DNA of 32,000 nt from Aliivibrio fischeri ES114 (GTDB lineage: Bacteria; Pseudomonadota; Gammaproteobacteria; Enterobacterales; Vibrionaceae), in assembly GCF_000011805.1 (NCBI RefSeq), contig NC_006840.2, one strand, 5' to 3'. Both the position numbers and the translations under genes were made by a program. The notes below the pieces were generated by a model. The model saw only the letters and a list, made by a program, of their open reading frames with translations. It made no database searches and was not told the origin of the DNA. Shown here one piece after another: positions 10,627 through 20,163 of the stretch (position 1 is the stretch's first letter; each line of letters begins with the position of its first letter).

Positions 10627-11811
10627 TTAGCCTTTATCATCAACCATAGTCAGTGCTTTACGAGAAAGATCTGCCGCCGCTTGTTTGCGGTTTTGCTTAT
10701 CTAATACTCGCGCAAGATAGGCGTAATCAGACATATCTTCACGAATCGCTAATGCAGCCTCAAAATGTTCACGTGCAGGCTGCCATTTTTGTGTTCGCAT
10801 ATAAAGCTGTGCCAACGTACTTTGAATTACTGGGTTGCGAACATCGTAATCTGCCATGCTTTCAAGCAACACGGTTACTGGATGATAATCAGCAAGATTT
10901 AGTGTAGGCAGTAGCGCAACGAGACGATCATCTGCTCGTTTCTTTAAGTTATCTCGTAAGATAATGTACGCTTCTGAATCTGCTTTGCGTGCTTGTAATT
11001 GTTGGATAAGACAAATCAGAATTGGAACATGCTTTTTAAGTTTCTTTGGTAAGGCATCCCAATGTTCTAGTAAACCAGCGGTACCTTTATTGGTCGCAAT
11101 TACGGCCATTAATCCACATTCTGCTTTTTCTTCTAACTCTAAGGCTTGTTGGTCCGTAATTAGGTTAGCTTTACTTAATGGATGAATGATATTTTTTAGA
11201 GCCTGCCATTCATTTAATGCAAGGTAACACTCTTTTAGTAGTTCTAATAAAACCGGATTACGAGGGTAATCAACCTTAACAAACTGTAAGGTCGCTAATG
11301 CCAGTTCATACTGTTTTTGGCGCATTTGCAGTTTAGCGCTGGTTAATGCAACCGCTAATGTGCTGTCATCTTGTTCAGATGCTAGCTGTAGGTATTTATC
11401 TCTCAGATCAATTTGCTGACGGCCTTGAGCAGCTTCTGCAGCAGCTAAATAATTTAATAGTGGGAAATCATTATGACGCCCACCTTTAGTAATTAGACGC
11501 TCAGCTTCTTTCCATTCACCTTCGTGCAGTTTAATCATACCTTTAAAGGTGTTGTAACGAGCTTTACGCAAATGACGAGCACTAAACCAACCACGAGTAT
11601 AATTACTCACAGATAGAATACGCTTCACGATCATTTCAAGTAAGAACAAGCCAGCAATCAAAGCACCAATAAAGAGCACTAAGGTCGTTAAGCTCATCTC
11701 TATGGTCGTATTAGCAACGGATATCAATACATAGCCTTGTTGATCAGCAAAGGTCGTTCCCACGATTAATCCACCGACTAAGACAATCGCCAGAAGAAGT
11801 AATCGGATCAT
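10627..11811 (-). CDS. hemY: HemY protein (TPR-containing inner-membrane protein of the hem operon)
   Basis: 394-aa ORF, collinear with E. coli HemY by eye ('QGYVLI', 'NYLAAAEAAQ'). Its start overlaps the hemX stop (ATGA, 11808-11811). Confidence 0.9.
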   Translation of the reverse strand: MIRLLLLAIVLVGGLIVGTTFADQQGYVLISVANTTIEMSLTTLVLFIGALIAGLFLLEMIVKRILSVSNYTRGWFSARHLRKARYNTFKGMIKLHEGEWKEAERLITKGGRHNDFPLLNYLAAAEAAQGRQQIDLRDKYLQLASEQDDSTLAVALTSAKLQMRQKQYELALATLQFVKVDYPRNPVLLELLKECYLALNEWQALKNIIHPLSKANLITDQQALELEEKAECGLMAVIATNKGTAGLLEHWDALPKKLKKHVPILICLIQQLQARKADSEAYIILRDNLKKRADDRLVALLPTLNLADYHPVTVLLESMADYDVRNPVIQSTLAQLYMRTQKWQPAREHFEAALAIREDMSDYAYLARVLDKQNRKQAAADLSRKALTMVDDKG

Positions 11812-12980
11812 GATTTACCTCCTTCAGTTGCTTTTGGGGTGTCACCAATCGCTTGAACATTACGGCGAAGTCGCTCTGAAATGAAGTCCGACAATAGCGC
11901 TTGAGTCTTCATTTTCTTTGGATAACGAACGTCTACTTTGTATTTTGCTAAAGAGTCTAGCTGAGCCATAAAGCTTTTCACTGCAGGATCATCTTGTTGG
12001 AAGTACTGAGAAGACCACAGTTTTGCGCTTTCTAGTGATGTTGCATAAACCTCACTTTGCTCACGATAAAGTGCTTTAGATGCCAGTAGCAATTTGCCTT
12101 TAATGTTCTCTTTTAAGTAAAAATGCTGCTCAGGGCTAAGTAGTGGAATAACGTTACCTTCACGAACTCGATATGTAATGAAGTGGCCAGCAAAATCATT
12201 AAGAGATTGTTTTAGGTTTGATTGCCAATCATTAATGTTGGTTGAAACGTGTTTTTCTTCGACAGCATCAGCTTCTGGAAGAACGGCGCTTGCCAATGGC
12301 AGTTTATTAATTTGTTGTTCTAGGCTATTTAGTTTTAATACTAAGCCATCACGGTCAATTAATGGGATCGCTTTTAATGTCGCAATGTCATCAGCCATTG
12401 CGCGACGTAGCGGTGTAAGGCTTGGATCGTTTAATGCAGAAATTCGTTGGTCTGCGTTTTCCATTAAACGCGTTGCACTGACCACATCATGTTCCAACCA
12501 TAATTTACGACCAGCCATTTTTACTAAGTAATCCGCTTCTGCAAGTAACCAGTCATTTGGACGACGACCTTTGATATCAGCAATCGCCAATTGAAGGCTA
12601 GCAATGCTCTTATCTTGTTGCTGCATTAGAACCGTCGCCTTACGTACAATCTCATCTGCTTTATCGGTAATGCGCTGCTCTGCTGCAACCAGTTTTGCAT
12701 CAAGCGTGGTATCTGCTGTTTTTAATTTTTGCTCAAGTTGAGCGATTTGGATTTGTTGTTGGGTAACTTGTTGTTGCGAAGCTAAGAAGGCACCGCCACT
12801 GAATAAAATAGAGATAATAATGGCAACAGTCCCTAAGCGACGGCCTTTTTTATCGACAATATTTTCAGTGTTAGAAGCAGAGTGTGTGGTGGTTTTCTCT
12901 GGCTCTTTTTTTATATCAGGGGCTGTAGTCACAACCGGCTTATCTTCGGTTGGCTGTGTTGTATTATTATTTTTTGTCAT
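11808..12980 (-). CDS. hemX: HemX protein (membrane-anchored, coiled-coil)
   Basis: 390-aa ORF in the hemD-hemX-hemY order. It has one TM segment, 'TVAIIISILFSGGAFLA', and overlaps hemD by 4 nt. Confidence 0.85.
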   Translation of the reverse strand: MTKNNNTTQPTEDKPVVTTAPDIKKEPEKTTTHSASNTENIVDKKGRRLGTVAIIISILFSGGAFLASQQQVTQQQIQIAQLEQKLKTADTTLDAKLVAAEQRITDKADEIVRKATVLMQQQDKSIASLQLAIADIKGRRPNDWLLAEADYLVKMAGRKLWLEHDVVSATRLMENADQRISALNDPSLTPLRRAMADDIATLKAIPLIDRDGLVLKLNSLEQQINKLPLASAVLPEADAVEEKHVSTNINDWQSNLKQSLNDFAGHFITYRVREGNVIPLLSPEQHFYLKENIKGKLLLASKALYREQSEVYATSLESAKLWSSQYFQQDDPAVKSFMAQLDSLAKYKVDVRYPKKMKTQALLSDFISERLRRNVQAIGDTPKATEGGKS

Positions 12981-13738
12981 TTGAAAATCCCATCATAATG
13001 ATGCTCACTGATATAGTGCAGCAAGTCGGAATTAGAGGCTCCGCCAACCGTTTCAATATGTTGATAACCAAGTTCTTTTGCAAACTGGTTAATGCGCTCA
13101 CTTGGTACCAATAATCTAAGCTTCAGTACCCAATTTAAATCTGTACTTGTAAATTGAGAGGTGAAAAAAGAGAGTTGTTCACCACTGGTCACAATCAATG
13201 TGTTTACGTTCTTTTCTTGCCACTCTCGAGTTTTGATAGATGCATCAAATGCGATGGCTTGACGTTGGTAAGCCTCGCAATATGTCACGTCCACATTGAG
13301 ATCGTTCAGAACTTGATAAATCAGATCCCGTCCGCCATTTCCTCGAAGAATAATGGCTTTTTTCCCTGTCGCGTTTTGTAAGACAGGAAGGGCTAATAAA
13401 TGTTCACTGTCGCTATGGGTTGGGTAGTGTACTGGATCTGAAATATACTTTTTGAGGTGTTGAGCGCTCTTTTGACCGACCGCAATATAATTAACCCCCT
13501 GTTTCCACTCTAATTGTAGCTGTTTTAAATAATTTTGCGTGTGCTCAACAGCGTGCTGACTAACAGCGATAATAAAATCACCATCATTAAGTGAATAAAA
13601 TAGCCTAGGGAGTTGAGACAGTTCATTGCCGGGGTGGATGGTGATAAGAGGGTGAGAAATAGCTGGATGCCCTGATTGATTCAAGGCATCACATAAAGCT
13701 TGGCTCTCTTGCTCAGGGCGAGTCACCAAAATCGTCAT
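12977..13738 (-). CDS. hemD: uroporphyrinogen-III synthase
   Basis: 253-aa ORF starting 'MTILVTRP', like E. coli HemD, located between hemC and hemX. Confidence 0.88.
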   Translation of the reverse strand: MTILVTRPEQESQALCDALNQSGHPAISHPLITIHPGNELSQLPRLFYSLNDGDFIIAVSQHAVEHTQNYLKQLQLEWKQGVNYIAVGQKSAQHLKKYISDPVHYPTHSDSEHLLALPVLQNATGKKAIILRGNGGRDLIYQVLNDLNVDVTYCEAYQRQAIAFDASIKTREWQEKNVNTLIVTSGEQLSFFTSQFTSTDLNWVLKLRLLVPSERINQFAKELGYQHIETVGGASNSDLLHYISEHHYDGIFK

Positions 13739-13740
13739 AG

Positions 13741-14676
13741 TTACGCTTCTGCGTATAGGCGTTCTAAAATTTCTTTCGCGCCATCGTTTAAAAGTTGATC
13801 TGCAAGTTGAGTACCTAAAGCTTCCGCGTCAGAAACCGGTCCAGATACTTCACCACGGATCATCACTGAGCCATCAGGTTCGCCAACAAGAGCACGTAAC
13901 CAAATTTGGTCACCATCAATTAGTGAGTAGCTACCGATTGGTACTTGGCAACCACCTTCTAGGCGATTATTCATCGCACGTTCACACAGAACTCGGTTTG
14001 CTGTTTCTGGGTGATTTAGAGGTTCAAGTAAAGCACGAAGGCGATCGTCATCTAAGCGAGCTTCAATACCAACGGCACCTTGACCTACAGCAGGTAATGA
14101 TTGCTCAGGTTCGATTGCACTTTTGATTCGGTCTTCTAGACCTAAACGAATTAAACCAGCACAAGCAAGAATGATCGCATCGTAGTTACCATCATCCAGT
14201 TTTTGTAGACGAGTTCCCACATTACCGCGTAATTCTTTGATAATAAGATCAGGACGAGCTTCTTTAAGTTGGCATTGACGACGTAGGCTACAAGTACCAA
14301 CAACGGCGCCTTGAGGTAACTCATCAATATTGTTGTAAGTGTTCGATACAAATGCGTCACGTGGGTCTTCACGCTCACAAATCGTAACAAGACCTAGACC
14401 TTCAGGAAATTCAACTGGCACGTCTTTCATTGAGTGAACAGCAAGGTCTGCGCGGCCTTCTAGCATCGCAACTTCAAGTTCTTTAACGAATAAGCCTTTT
14501 CCGCCAACTTTTGCTAATGGCGTATCAAGAATAATGTCGCCTTTCGTTACCATAGTAACCAATTCAACTTCCAAACCTGGGTGAGCGGCTTGTAGTGCAT
14601 CTTTAACAAAGTGGGCTTGCCATAGAGCCAAAGGGCTTTTACGAGTGGCGATACGAACAGGTAATTGCTGTGACAT
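13741..14676 (-). CDS. hemC: hydroxymethylbilane synthase (porphobilinogen deaminase)
   Basis: 311-aa ORF with '[14 protein letters not shown]', '[11 protein letters not shown]' and 'AVHSMKDVP'. Confidence 0.95.
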   Translation of the reverse strand: MSQQLPVRIATRKSPLALWQAHFVKDALQAAHPGLEVELVTMVTKGDIILDTPLAKVGGKGLFVKELEVAMLEGRADLAVHSMKDVPVEFPEGLGLVTICEREDPRDAFVSNTYNNIDELPQGAVVGTCSLRRQCQLKEARPDLIIKELRGNVGTRLQKLDDGNYDAIILACAGLIRLGLEDRIKSAIEPEQSLPAVGQGAVGIEARLDDDRLRALLEPLNHPETANRVLCERAMNNRLEGGCQVPIGSYSLIDGDQIWLRALVGEPDGSVMIRGEVSGPVSDAEALGTQLADQLLNDGAKEILERLYAEA

Positions 14677-14839
14677 AGTAGTATCCGATCAAAATAATTA
14701 CCTTATCCTACCATTACTTAAGGGTGAGGTGAAAATACTGGATGACAACAGTGTGATTATGGGTTAAAAACATCAGCGCAAAAGGTAAGGGTATTACTTT
14801 TTGTAGTGATGCGCTAAACTTTACGTCCAAAGTTAAAAG

Positions 14840-14855
14840 TGTTATCTTGATCACG
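14840..14855. promoter_or_regulatory. CRP-like site in the hemC/cyaA divergent spacer
   Basis: TGTTA-TCTTGA-TCACG compared with the consensus TGTGA-N6-TCACA (2 mismatches). It abuts a TATAGT -10-like hexamer (14859-14864). Confidence 0.45.
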
Positions 14856-14933
14856 TTTTATAGTCGGTATTGAACGAATGCTGTTCAATATTCACCATCA
14901 TCTTAGATGACAAAGATTAGCTAGGCTTTCTAT

Positions 14934-17459
14934 TTGCAAACCTATATTGAAACATTAATTGCTCGACAGCAACGCCTCACGGAACAACGTGTAGAGCGAG
15001 CTTTAGCACTAATGAAACCACTTGGGCAAGAGATCTTCCATCAATTGCCATTGCTATTGCATTTCAATCATTCGGAGCTTCCGGGTTTTGTTGAAGGTGC
15101 TCCTAGTGGTATTAAACAATTTCATGCAAATAAAAAGCAGCGTGAGTGGATGGCTCAACTTACGCTTCGTTATCCTTTATCTACTTCAAATCAAGGTAAT
15201 ATTCTTGGTTTGTATTCAATGGGTAGTACTTCTTCTATTGGCCAAACCGTTGCCAGTGATCTCGATATTTGGGTTTGTATTCCTGAAAATCTTCCTGCCG
15301 AGAAAAAAGCACTTCTACAGCAAAAATGTGATGCACTCACCGAGTGGGCATTGCAGTTTTATATTGAAGCTAACTTCTTCTTAATGGAACAGAATCGCTT
15401 TAGAGATGCGTATTCTGAAGAGATGACAGGTGATAACTGTGGTTCTTCACAACATCTTCTTTTGCTTGATGAGTTTTATCGTACCGCCGTATGTCTTGGT
15501 GGACAGCAATTGCTATGGCAAATCATCCCTCCAGAAATGGAAGAAAGTTATGATGATTATGTCGATCAGTTGTGTGAGCAAGGGATTATTCAGCGTGACC
15601 AATGGATTGATTTTGGTCGTCTTAACCATATTCCTGCAGAAGAGTATTTTGGCTCAAGTTTATGGCAACTATATAAAAGTATCGATTCACCGTTTAAATC
15701 GGTGTTAAAAGCGATCTTATTGGAAGCTTATTCTTGGGAGTACCCGCATACACAACTATTAAGCATTGATAGTAAACGCCGATTCTTTGCCGATGATCCT
15801 GATCTTTATGGGATGGATGCGTACTACCTGATGCTTGAAAAAGTGACTCGTTATCTTGAACGAACCAATGATATGTCTCGTTTAGAGTTGGTTCGTCGTA
15901 GTTTCTATTTGAAAACACATGAGAAGCTTTCAAGAAGACAAGGTCAAGGTTCAGTTGAATGGCGTCGTAAGGCGTTAAGTGAGTTAACGACACAATGGGG
16001 ATGGAGCTCTGAATACATTACAGAGTTAGACTCTCGTCGTACTTGGAAAGTAGAACAGGTGAAGAAATCACACCACGATCTGCTTGAAGCCTTGATGCAA
16101 AGTTACCGAAACTTGATCCGTTTTGCGCGTAATAATGACATAACGTCGTCGATCAGCCCTGAAGATATCAGTATTCTTGCTCGTAAGCTTTATGCTGCAT
16201 TTGAAGAACTTCCAGGTAAGGTAACGCTACTTAATCCTCAGATTTCACCAGATTTACACGAAGCGGATTTAAGTTTTATTGAGGTGCCAGAAGACAGCAT
16301 TAATAAAGCTGGCTGGTACGTTTATAAAAAACCATTAATTGCTAAAGAATTAATGGGCGCTAAATTTTTAGAGCATAACCGATATTTAAGTAAATTAGTG
16401 GCATGGGCGTTCTTTAATGGCTTGCTAACGGAATCAACACGTTTGGATGCCGTGGTTCGTGATGCTGATTTGAATATCGATAAGTTCTACCAAATGGTGA
16501 GCGATTTAAGAAACACTTTCTCTGTGTACTTACCGCAGCCAACCAAAGAAGAATTAGGCAGTCCTTGTGAAGTTCGCCAACTTTCTATTTTTATTAATTT
16601 AGAAAGCGACCCAACAGAGCGATTGAAACTGAAACCTGAGCGTATGAATCAAGCTGATGCGGATATCTTCAGTTGTGGTAGTGAGCAAAATAACTTAATT
16701 GGTAGCGTTGATTTAGTGTATCGAAATTCATGGCATGAAGTGAGAACACTAAACTTTAGCGGTGAAACCGCCATTCTTGATGCGTTAAAAACCGTATTGT
16801 GCAAAATGCACCAAGATGCGGCTCGTCCAGAATCTGTAGATGTGTTTTGTTACAGCAAACAGATGCGTGGCATTATTCGTAATAACATTTATCAACTGCT
16901 GGCTGAGTGTATTGAGCTTCGTCTAAAGCCTGTTGAAAATAACGAAAAACGTCGTCGTTTCAAAGGCATCAAAATTGGTTCAACCATGTATGGATTGTTC
17001 TTTGAGCGTCGTGGTGTATCGATTCAAAAACTGGAAGATTCCGTTCAGTTTTATTCGAGTATTTCTACCAATAAGGCGATTGGTTCAACCACCATACCTT
17101 TGGGTGATAACAGTGGTGTGGTTATCCCTGATGCGGTGGACTCATTTGCGAGTGAAGGTTTGATCCAATTCTTCTTTGATGATTCGCAAAATGATGACGA
17201 TGGTTTCAATATTTATGTCTTAGATGAAGAGAATAAGATTGAAATCTATCACCAATGTTATGGCAGCAAAGATGATATGGTGAACAGCATTAATCACTAT
17301 TACACTTCAAGTCGTAATAACGAAGATTTGTCCAATCCAGATAAGGTGAACTTTAACTTACCTCAGTTTTATGAGGTGGTGTATGGTGATACACAAGAGG
17401 CGTCGATTCATTCATATCGTAGTGGACAGCAACACGCGAAAGTAAAACAAGTCATCTAA
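14934..17459 (+). CDS. cyaA: class I adenylate cyclase
   Basis: 841-aa ORF, collinear with E. coli CyaA by eye ('YIETL', 'GSTSSIGQ..SDLDIWVC', 'SLWQLYKSIDSPFK'). It begins with TTG at the position equivalent to the E. coli cyaA UUG start. Confidence 0.95.
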   Translation: MQTYIETLIARQQRLTEQRVERALALMKPLGQEIFHQLPLLLHFNHSELPGFVEGAPSGIKQFHANKKQREWMAQLTLRYPLSTSNQGNILGLYSMGSTSSIGQTVASDLDIWVCIPENLPAEKKALLQQKCDALTEWALQFYIEANFFLMEQNRFRDAYSEEMTGDNCGSSQHLLLLDEFYRTAVCLGGQQLLWQIIPPEMEESYDDYVDQLCEQGIIQRDQWIDFGRLNHIPAEEYFGSSLWQLYKSIDSPFKSVLKAILLEAYSWEYPHTQLLSIDSKRRFFADDPDLYGMDAYYLMLEKVTRYLERTNDMSRLELVRRSFYLKTHEKLSRRQGQGSVEWRRKALSELTTQWGWSSEYITELDSRRTWKVEQVKKSHHDLLEALMQSYRNLIRFARNNDITSSISPEDISILARKLYAAFEELPGKVTLLNPQISPDLHEADLSFIEVPEDSINKAGWYVYKKPLIAKELMGAKFLEHNRYLSKLVAWAFFNGLLTESTRLDAVVRDADLNIDKFYQMVSDLRNTFSVYLPQPTKEELGSPCEVRQLSIFINLESDPTERLKLKPERMNQADADIFSCGSEQNNLIGSVDLVYRNSWHEVRTLNFSGETAILDALKTVLCKMHQDAARPESVDVFCYSKQMRGIIRNNIYQLLAECIELRLKPVENNEKRRRFKGIKIGSTMYGLFFERRGVSIQKLEDSVQFYSSISTNKAIGSTTIPLGDNSGVVIPDAVDSFASEGLIQFFFDDSQNDDDGFNIYVLDEENKIEIYHQCYGSKDDMVNSINHYYTSSRNNEDLSNPDKVNFNLPQFYEVVYGDTQEASIHSYRSGQQHAKVKQVI

Positions 17460-17481
17460 AAAGCAAAAAGAGATCCGAGAT

Positions 17482-17510
17482 TTGGGTCTCACTTCATTTC
17501 AGTATATACT
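17482..17510 (+). promoter_or_regulatory. sigma70-type promoter candidate for uvrD
   Basis: TTGGGT (17482-17487), a 17-bp spacer, then TATACT (17505-17510). Confidence 0.4.
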
Positions 17511-17518
17511 CCGTCTAC

Positions 17519-17534
17519 ATGTATAAATAACCAG
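17519..17534. promoter_or_regulatory. degenerate LexA (SOS) box candidate
   Basis: On the minus strand this reads CTGG-TTATTTAT-ACAT, compared with the consensus CTGT-N8-ACAG (2 mismatches). The E. coli uvrD box also carries the CTGG/CCAG half. It lies just downstream of the promoter candidate. Confidence 0.35.
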
Positions 17535-17543
17535 TGTGATGTG

Positions 17544-19745
17544 ATGGACGTTTCTTTTCTTCTTGATGGTCTTAATGACAAACAGCGCGAAGCCGTAGCC
17601 GCTCCGTTAGAAAACATGCTTGTACTTGCGGGTGCCGGTAGTGGTAAAACTCGAGTACTTGTTCATCGTATCGCATGGTTAATGCAAATTGAGCAAGCGT
17701 CTCCTTTCTCTATCATGTCAGTGACCTTTACCAATAAAGCTGCAGCTGAAATGCGTGGTCGTATTGAAGAGCTAATGCATGGTAGTGCAGGTGGTATGTG
17801 GAATGGTACTTTCCACGGTATCTGTCACCGTATTCTTCGAGCTCATTATCTTGATGCAAAACTGCCTGAAGGTTTCCAAATTATTGATTCTGATGATCAA
17901 CAACGTTTATTAAAACGATTGATCAAAGCGCAAAACTTGGATGATAAAAACTGGCCAGCTCGTCAAGCGGCTTGGTTTATTAATGGTAAAAAAGACGAAG
18001 GTTTACGCCCTCACCAAATTAACTCTTTTAACGATCCAATTACTCAAACATGGCTGAAAGTTTACAGTGCTTATCAAGAGGCTTGTGATCGTGCTGGTTT
18101 AGTGGATTTTGCTGAAATCTTACTGCGTGCACATGAGTTACTTCGTGATCATAAGCATATCCGAGAGCACTACCAAGCGCGTTTTAAGCATATTTTGGTG
18201 GACGAATTTCAAGATACCAACAACATCCAATACGCTTGGCTACGCATGATGGCAGGGTCAGATTGTGATGTGATGATCGTAGGTGATGATGACCAATCCA
18301 TTTATGGTTGGCGTGGTGCTCAGATTGAAAATATTCAAAAATTCTTAGATGAATTTGTTGGTGCAAAAACCATTCGTCTAGAACAAAACTACCGTTCAAC
18401 GGCCAATATTCTAAATGCAGCCAACGAATTGATCAGTAACAACACTGAGCGTATGGGTAAGAAGCTATGGACTGAAGGGGTTGAAGGCGACTTAATCTCC
18501 ATTTATTCGGCGTATAACGAATTAGATGAAGCACGCTTTGCTGTCGGTAAGATTAAAGAGTGGCGTGATAATGGTGGCGCACTTGAAGACTCTGCATTTT
18601 TATACCGTAATAACGCCCAATCTCGTGTGCTTGAAGAAGCTTTAATTCAAGCGGGCCTACCGTACCGAATTTATGGTGGCATGCGATTTTTCGAACGACA
18701 AGAGATCAAAGATGCTTTGTCTTACTTACGTTTAATGAATAACCGTAATGATGATGCTGCATTTGAACGTGTTGTTAATACGCCTACTCGTGGCTTAGGT
18801 GACAAAACGTTAGAGACAGTACGTTTTGCTGCTCGTGAGCGTGGAGCAACCATGTGGCAAGCGAGTATCGCTTTAATTGAAGAGCAAGTATTACCGGGTC
18901 GTGCTGCTGGGGCATTAAGCCGTTTTATCGAGCTAATTAATGCACTAGAAGACGACACCCGTGATTGTCGTCTGCATGAACAAACTGACCAAGTGATTAA
19001 AAGCTCAGGTTTGTTTGCTATGTATGAACAAGAGAAAGGCGAAAAATCAAAAGCGCGTATTGAGAACTTGGAAGAGCTGGTAACGGCAACTCGACAGTTT
19101 GAAAAACCTGAAGAAGCAGAAGAGATGACCGATCTGACGGCTTTCTTAACTCATGCAGCATTAGAGGCGGGTGAAGGTCAGGCTGATGAGTTTGAAGATG
19201 CCGTTCAATTAATGACATTACACAGTGCTAAAGGGCTAGAGTTCCCACTTGTGTTTATGGTTGGTGTTGAAGAAGGCATGTTCCCAAGCCAAATGTCAGC
19301 AGAAGAAGCTGGACGTTTAGAAGAAGAGCGTCGTCTTTGTTATGTTGGCATGACTCGTGCGATGGAGAAACTTTATATTACGTATGCAGAGATGCGTCGT
19401 TTGTATGGCCAAGATAAATACCACAAACCATCTCGTTTCATTAAAGAGATCCCAACAGAATGCGTAGAAGAAGTACGTATGAAGGCGAAAGTGAGTCGTA
19501 CAGGGTCATATGGCAGTTATGGTCAAAGCGCTTCATCAGACAGTCGTTTTGGCCAAAAAGCCGTGAACAACAATTTCAATGAAACAGGCTATGCATTAGG
19601 GCAGCGAGTGAAGCATCCAAAGTTTGGTGAAGGAACCATTATCAACTTTGAAGGCGCAGGGCCACAGGGTCGTGTGCAAGTTGCGTTTAATGGTGAAGGA
19701 ATTAAATGGTTGGTTACTCAGTACGCTAAGCTAGAATCAATGTAG
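17544..19745 (+). CDS. uvrD: DNA helicase II
   Basis: 733 aa counted from the ATG at 17544 (MDVSFLLDGLNDKQREAV, matching the E. coli UvrD N-terminus). Motifs 'GAGSGKT' and 'VDEFQDTN' are present. The ORF-track GTG at 17541 lies one codon upstream. Confidence 0.96.
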   Translation: MDVSFLLDGLNDKQREAVAAPLENMLVLAGAGSGKTRVLVHRIAWLMQIEQASPFSIMSVTFTNKAAAEMRGRIEELMHGSAGGMWNGTFHGICHRILRAHYLDAKLPEGFQIIDSDDQQRLLKRLIKAQNLDDKNWPARQAAWFINGKKDEGLRPHQINSFNDPITQTWLKVYSAYQEACDRAGLVDFAEILLRAHELLRDHKHIREHYQARFKHILVDEFQDTNNIQYAWLRMMAGSDCDVMIVGDDDQSIYGWRGAQIENIQKFLDEFVGAKTIRLEQNYRSTANILNAANELISNNTERMGKKLWTEGVEGDLISIYSAYNELDEARFAVGKIKEWRDNGGALEDSAFLYRNNAQSRVLEEALIQAGLPYRIYGGMRFFERQEIKDALSYLRLMNNRNDDAAFERVVNTPTRGLGDKTLETVRFAARERGATMWQASIALIEEQVLPGRAAGALSRFIELINALEDDTRDCRLHEQTDQVIKSSGLFAMYEQEKGEKSKARIENLEELVTATRQFEKPEEAEEMTDLTAFLTHAALEAGEGQADEFEDAVQLMTLHSAKGLEFPLVFMVGVEEGMFPSQMSAEEAGRLEEERRLCYVGMTRAMEKLYITYAEMRRLYGQDKYHKPSRFIKEIPTECVEEVRMKAKVSRTGSYGSYGQSASSDSRFGQKAVNNNFNETGYALGQRVKHPKFGEGTIINFEGAGPQGRVQVAFNGEGIKWLVTQYAKLESM

Positions 19746-19767
19746 GTTGGTTTTTAATCAATAAAAT

Positions 19768-19800
19768 AAAAAAAGAGAGCAAATATGCTCTCTTTTTTTA
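19768..19800. terminator. bidirectional terminator shared by uvrD and the convergent mini-ORF
   Basis: Stem GAGAGCA / TGCTCTC with loop AATA, flanked by AAAAAAA and TTTTTTT. Confidence 0.85.
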
Positions 19801-19804
19801 TCTA

Positions 19805-19972
19805 TTATTTAGCCACATCTGAATTCATCGTAAAAGGACTTAAAAATTGTAATTCATTACAATTGTGACATTTAAATTTCTTTGTATTACGTTGAGTGAT
19901 GTATCTTTCAACAAAACTTCGTTTAGATGGTAATAGCGGTAGTTCCGCTTTACAGTTTTTACACCTAGCCAT
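19805..19972 (-). CDS. 55-aa basic zinc-ribbon mini-protein (not in the ORF track)
   Basis: My own reverse-strand translation gives MARCKNCKAELPLLPSKRSFVERYITQRNTKKFKCHNCNELQFLSPFTMNSDVAK*. It has two CxxC pairs 27 residues apart. The stop lies 5 nt from the bidirectional terminator. The Shine-Dalgarno sequence is weak (AGG). Confidence 0.45.
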   Translation of the reverse strand: MARCKNCKAELPLLPSKRSFVERYITQRNTKKFKCHNCNELQFLSPFTMNSDVAK

Positions 19973-20117
19973 ATATTGAACCTATTTACAATGTTATCAA
20001 TAGTTTATGATATTTTTATTAAACCAGTGTCACATATTGAGAAATAAATTTCACGGATATATTGCTAATTAAGTATAAAAAAGTGCAATAAATAGGCGTA
20101 GATCTAAATATAAAAAT

Positions 20118-20152
20118 TAGGTATACATTTTAATGTTACAAAATTATACCTA
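20118..20152 (-). terminator. AT-rich terminator-like hairpin after rarD
   Basis: TAGGTATA (20118-20125) / TATACCTA (20145-20152) with a 19-nt loop. On the minus strand it is followed by ATTTTTATATTT. Confidence 0.4.
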
Positions 20153-20163
20153 GCTGTTTAGTG

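Noticed and set aside
10765-10779. parS-like half-palindromes: ATGTTCACGTGCAGG inside hemY, and TGTTTCACGT inside spf at 29634-29643.
   Set aside because: Only one arm matches the TGTTNCACGTGNAACA consensus. The second arm is absent in both cases.
19980-20110. 21-aa plus-strand ORF (MIFLLNQCHILRNKFHGYIAN) and other tiny ORFs in the AT-rich uvrD/rarD spacer.
   Set aside because: They have no Shine-Dalgarno sequence, no structural motif and no terminator association. This contrasts with the 55-aa zinc-ribbon ORF, which is retained.
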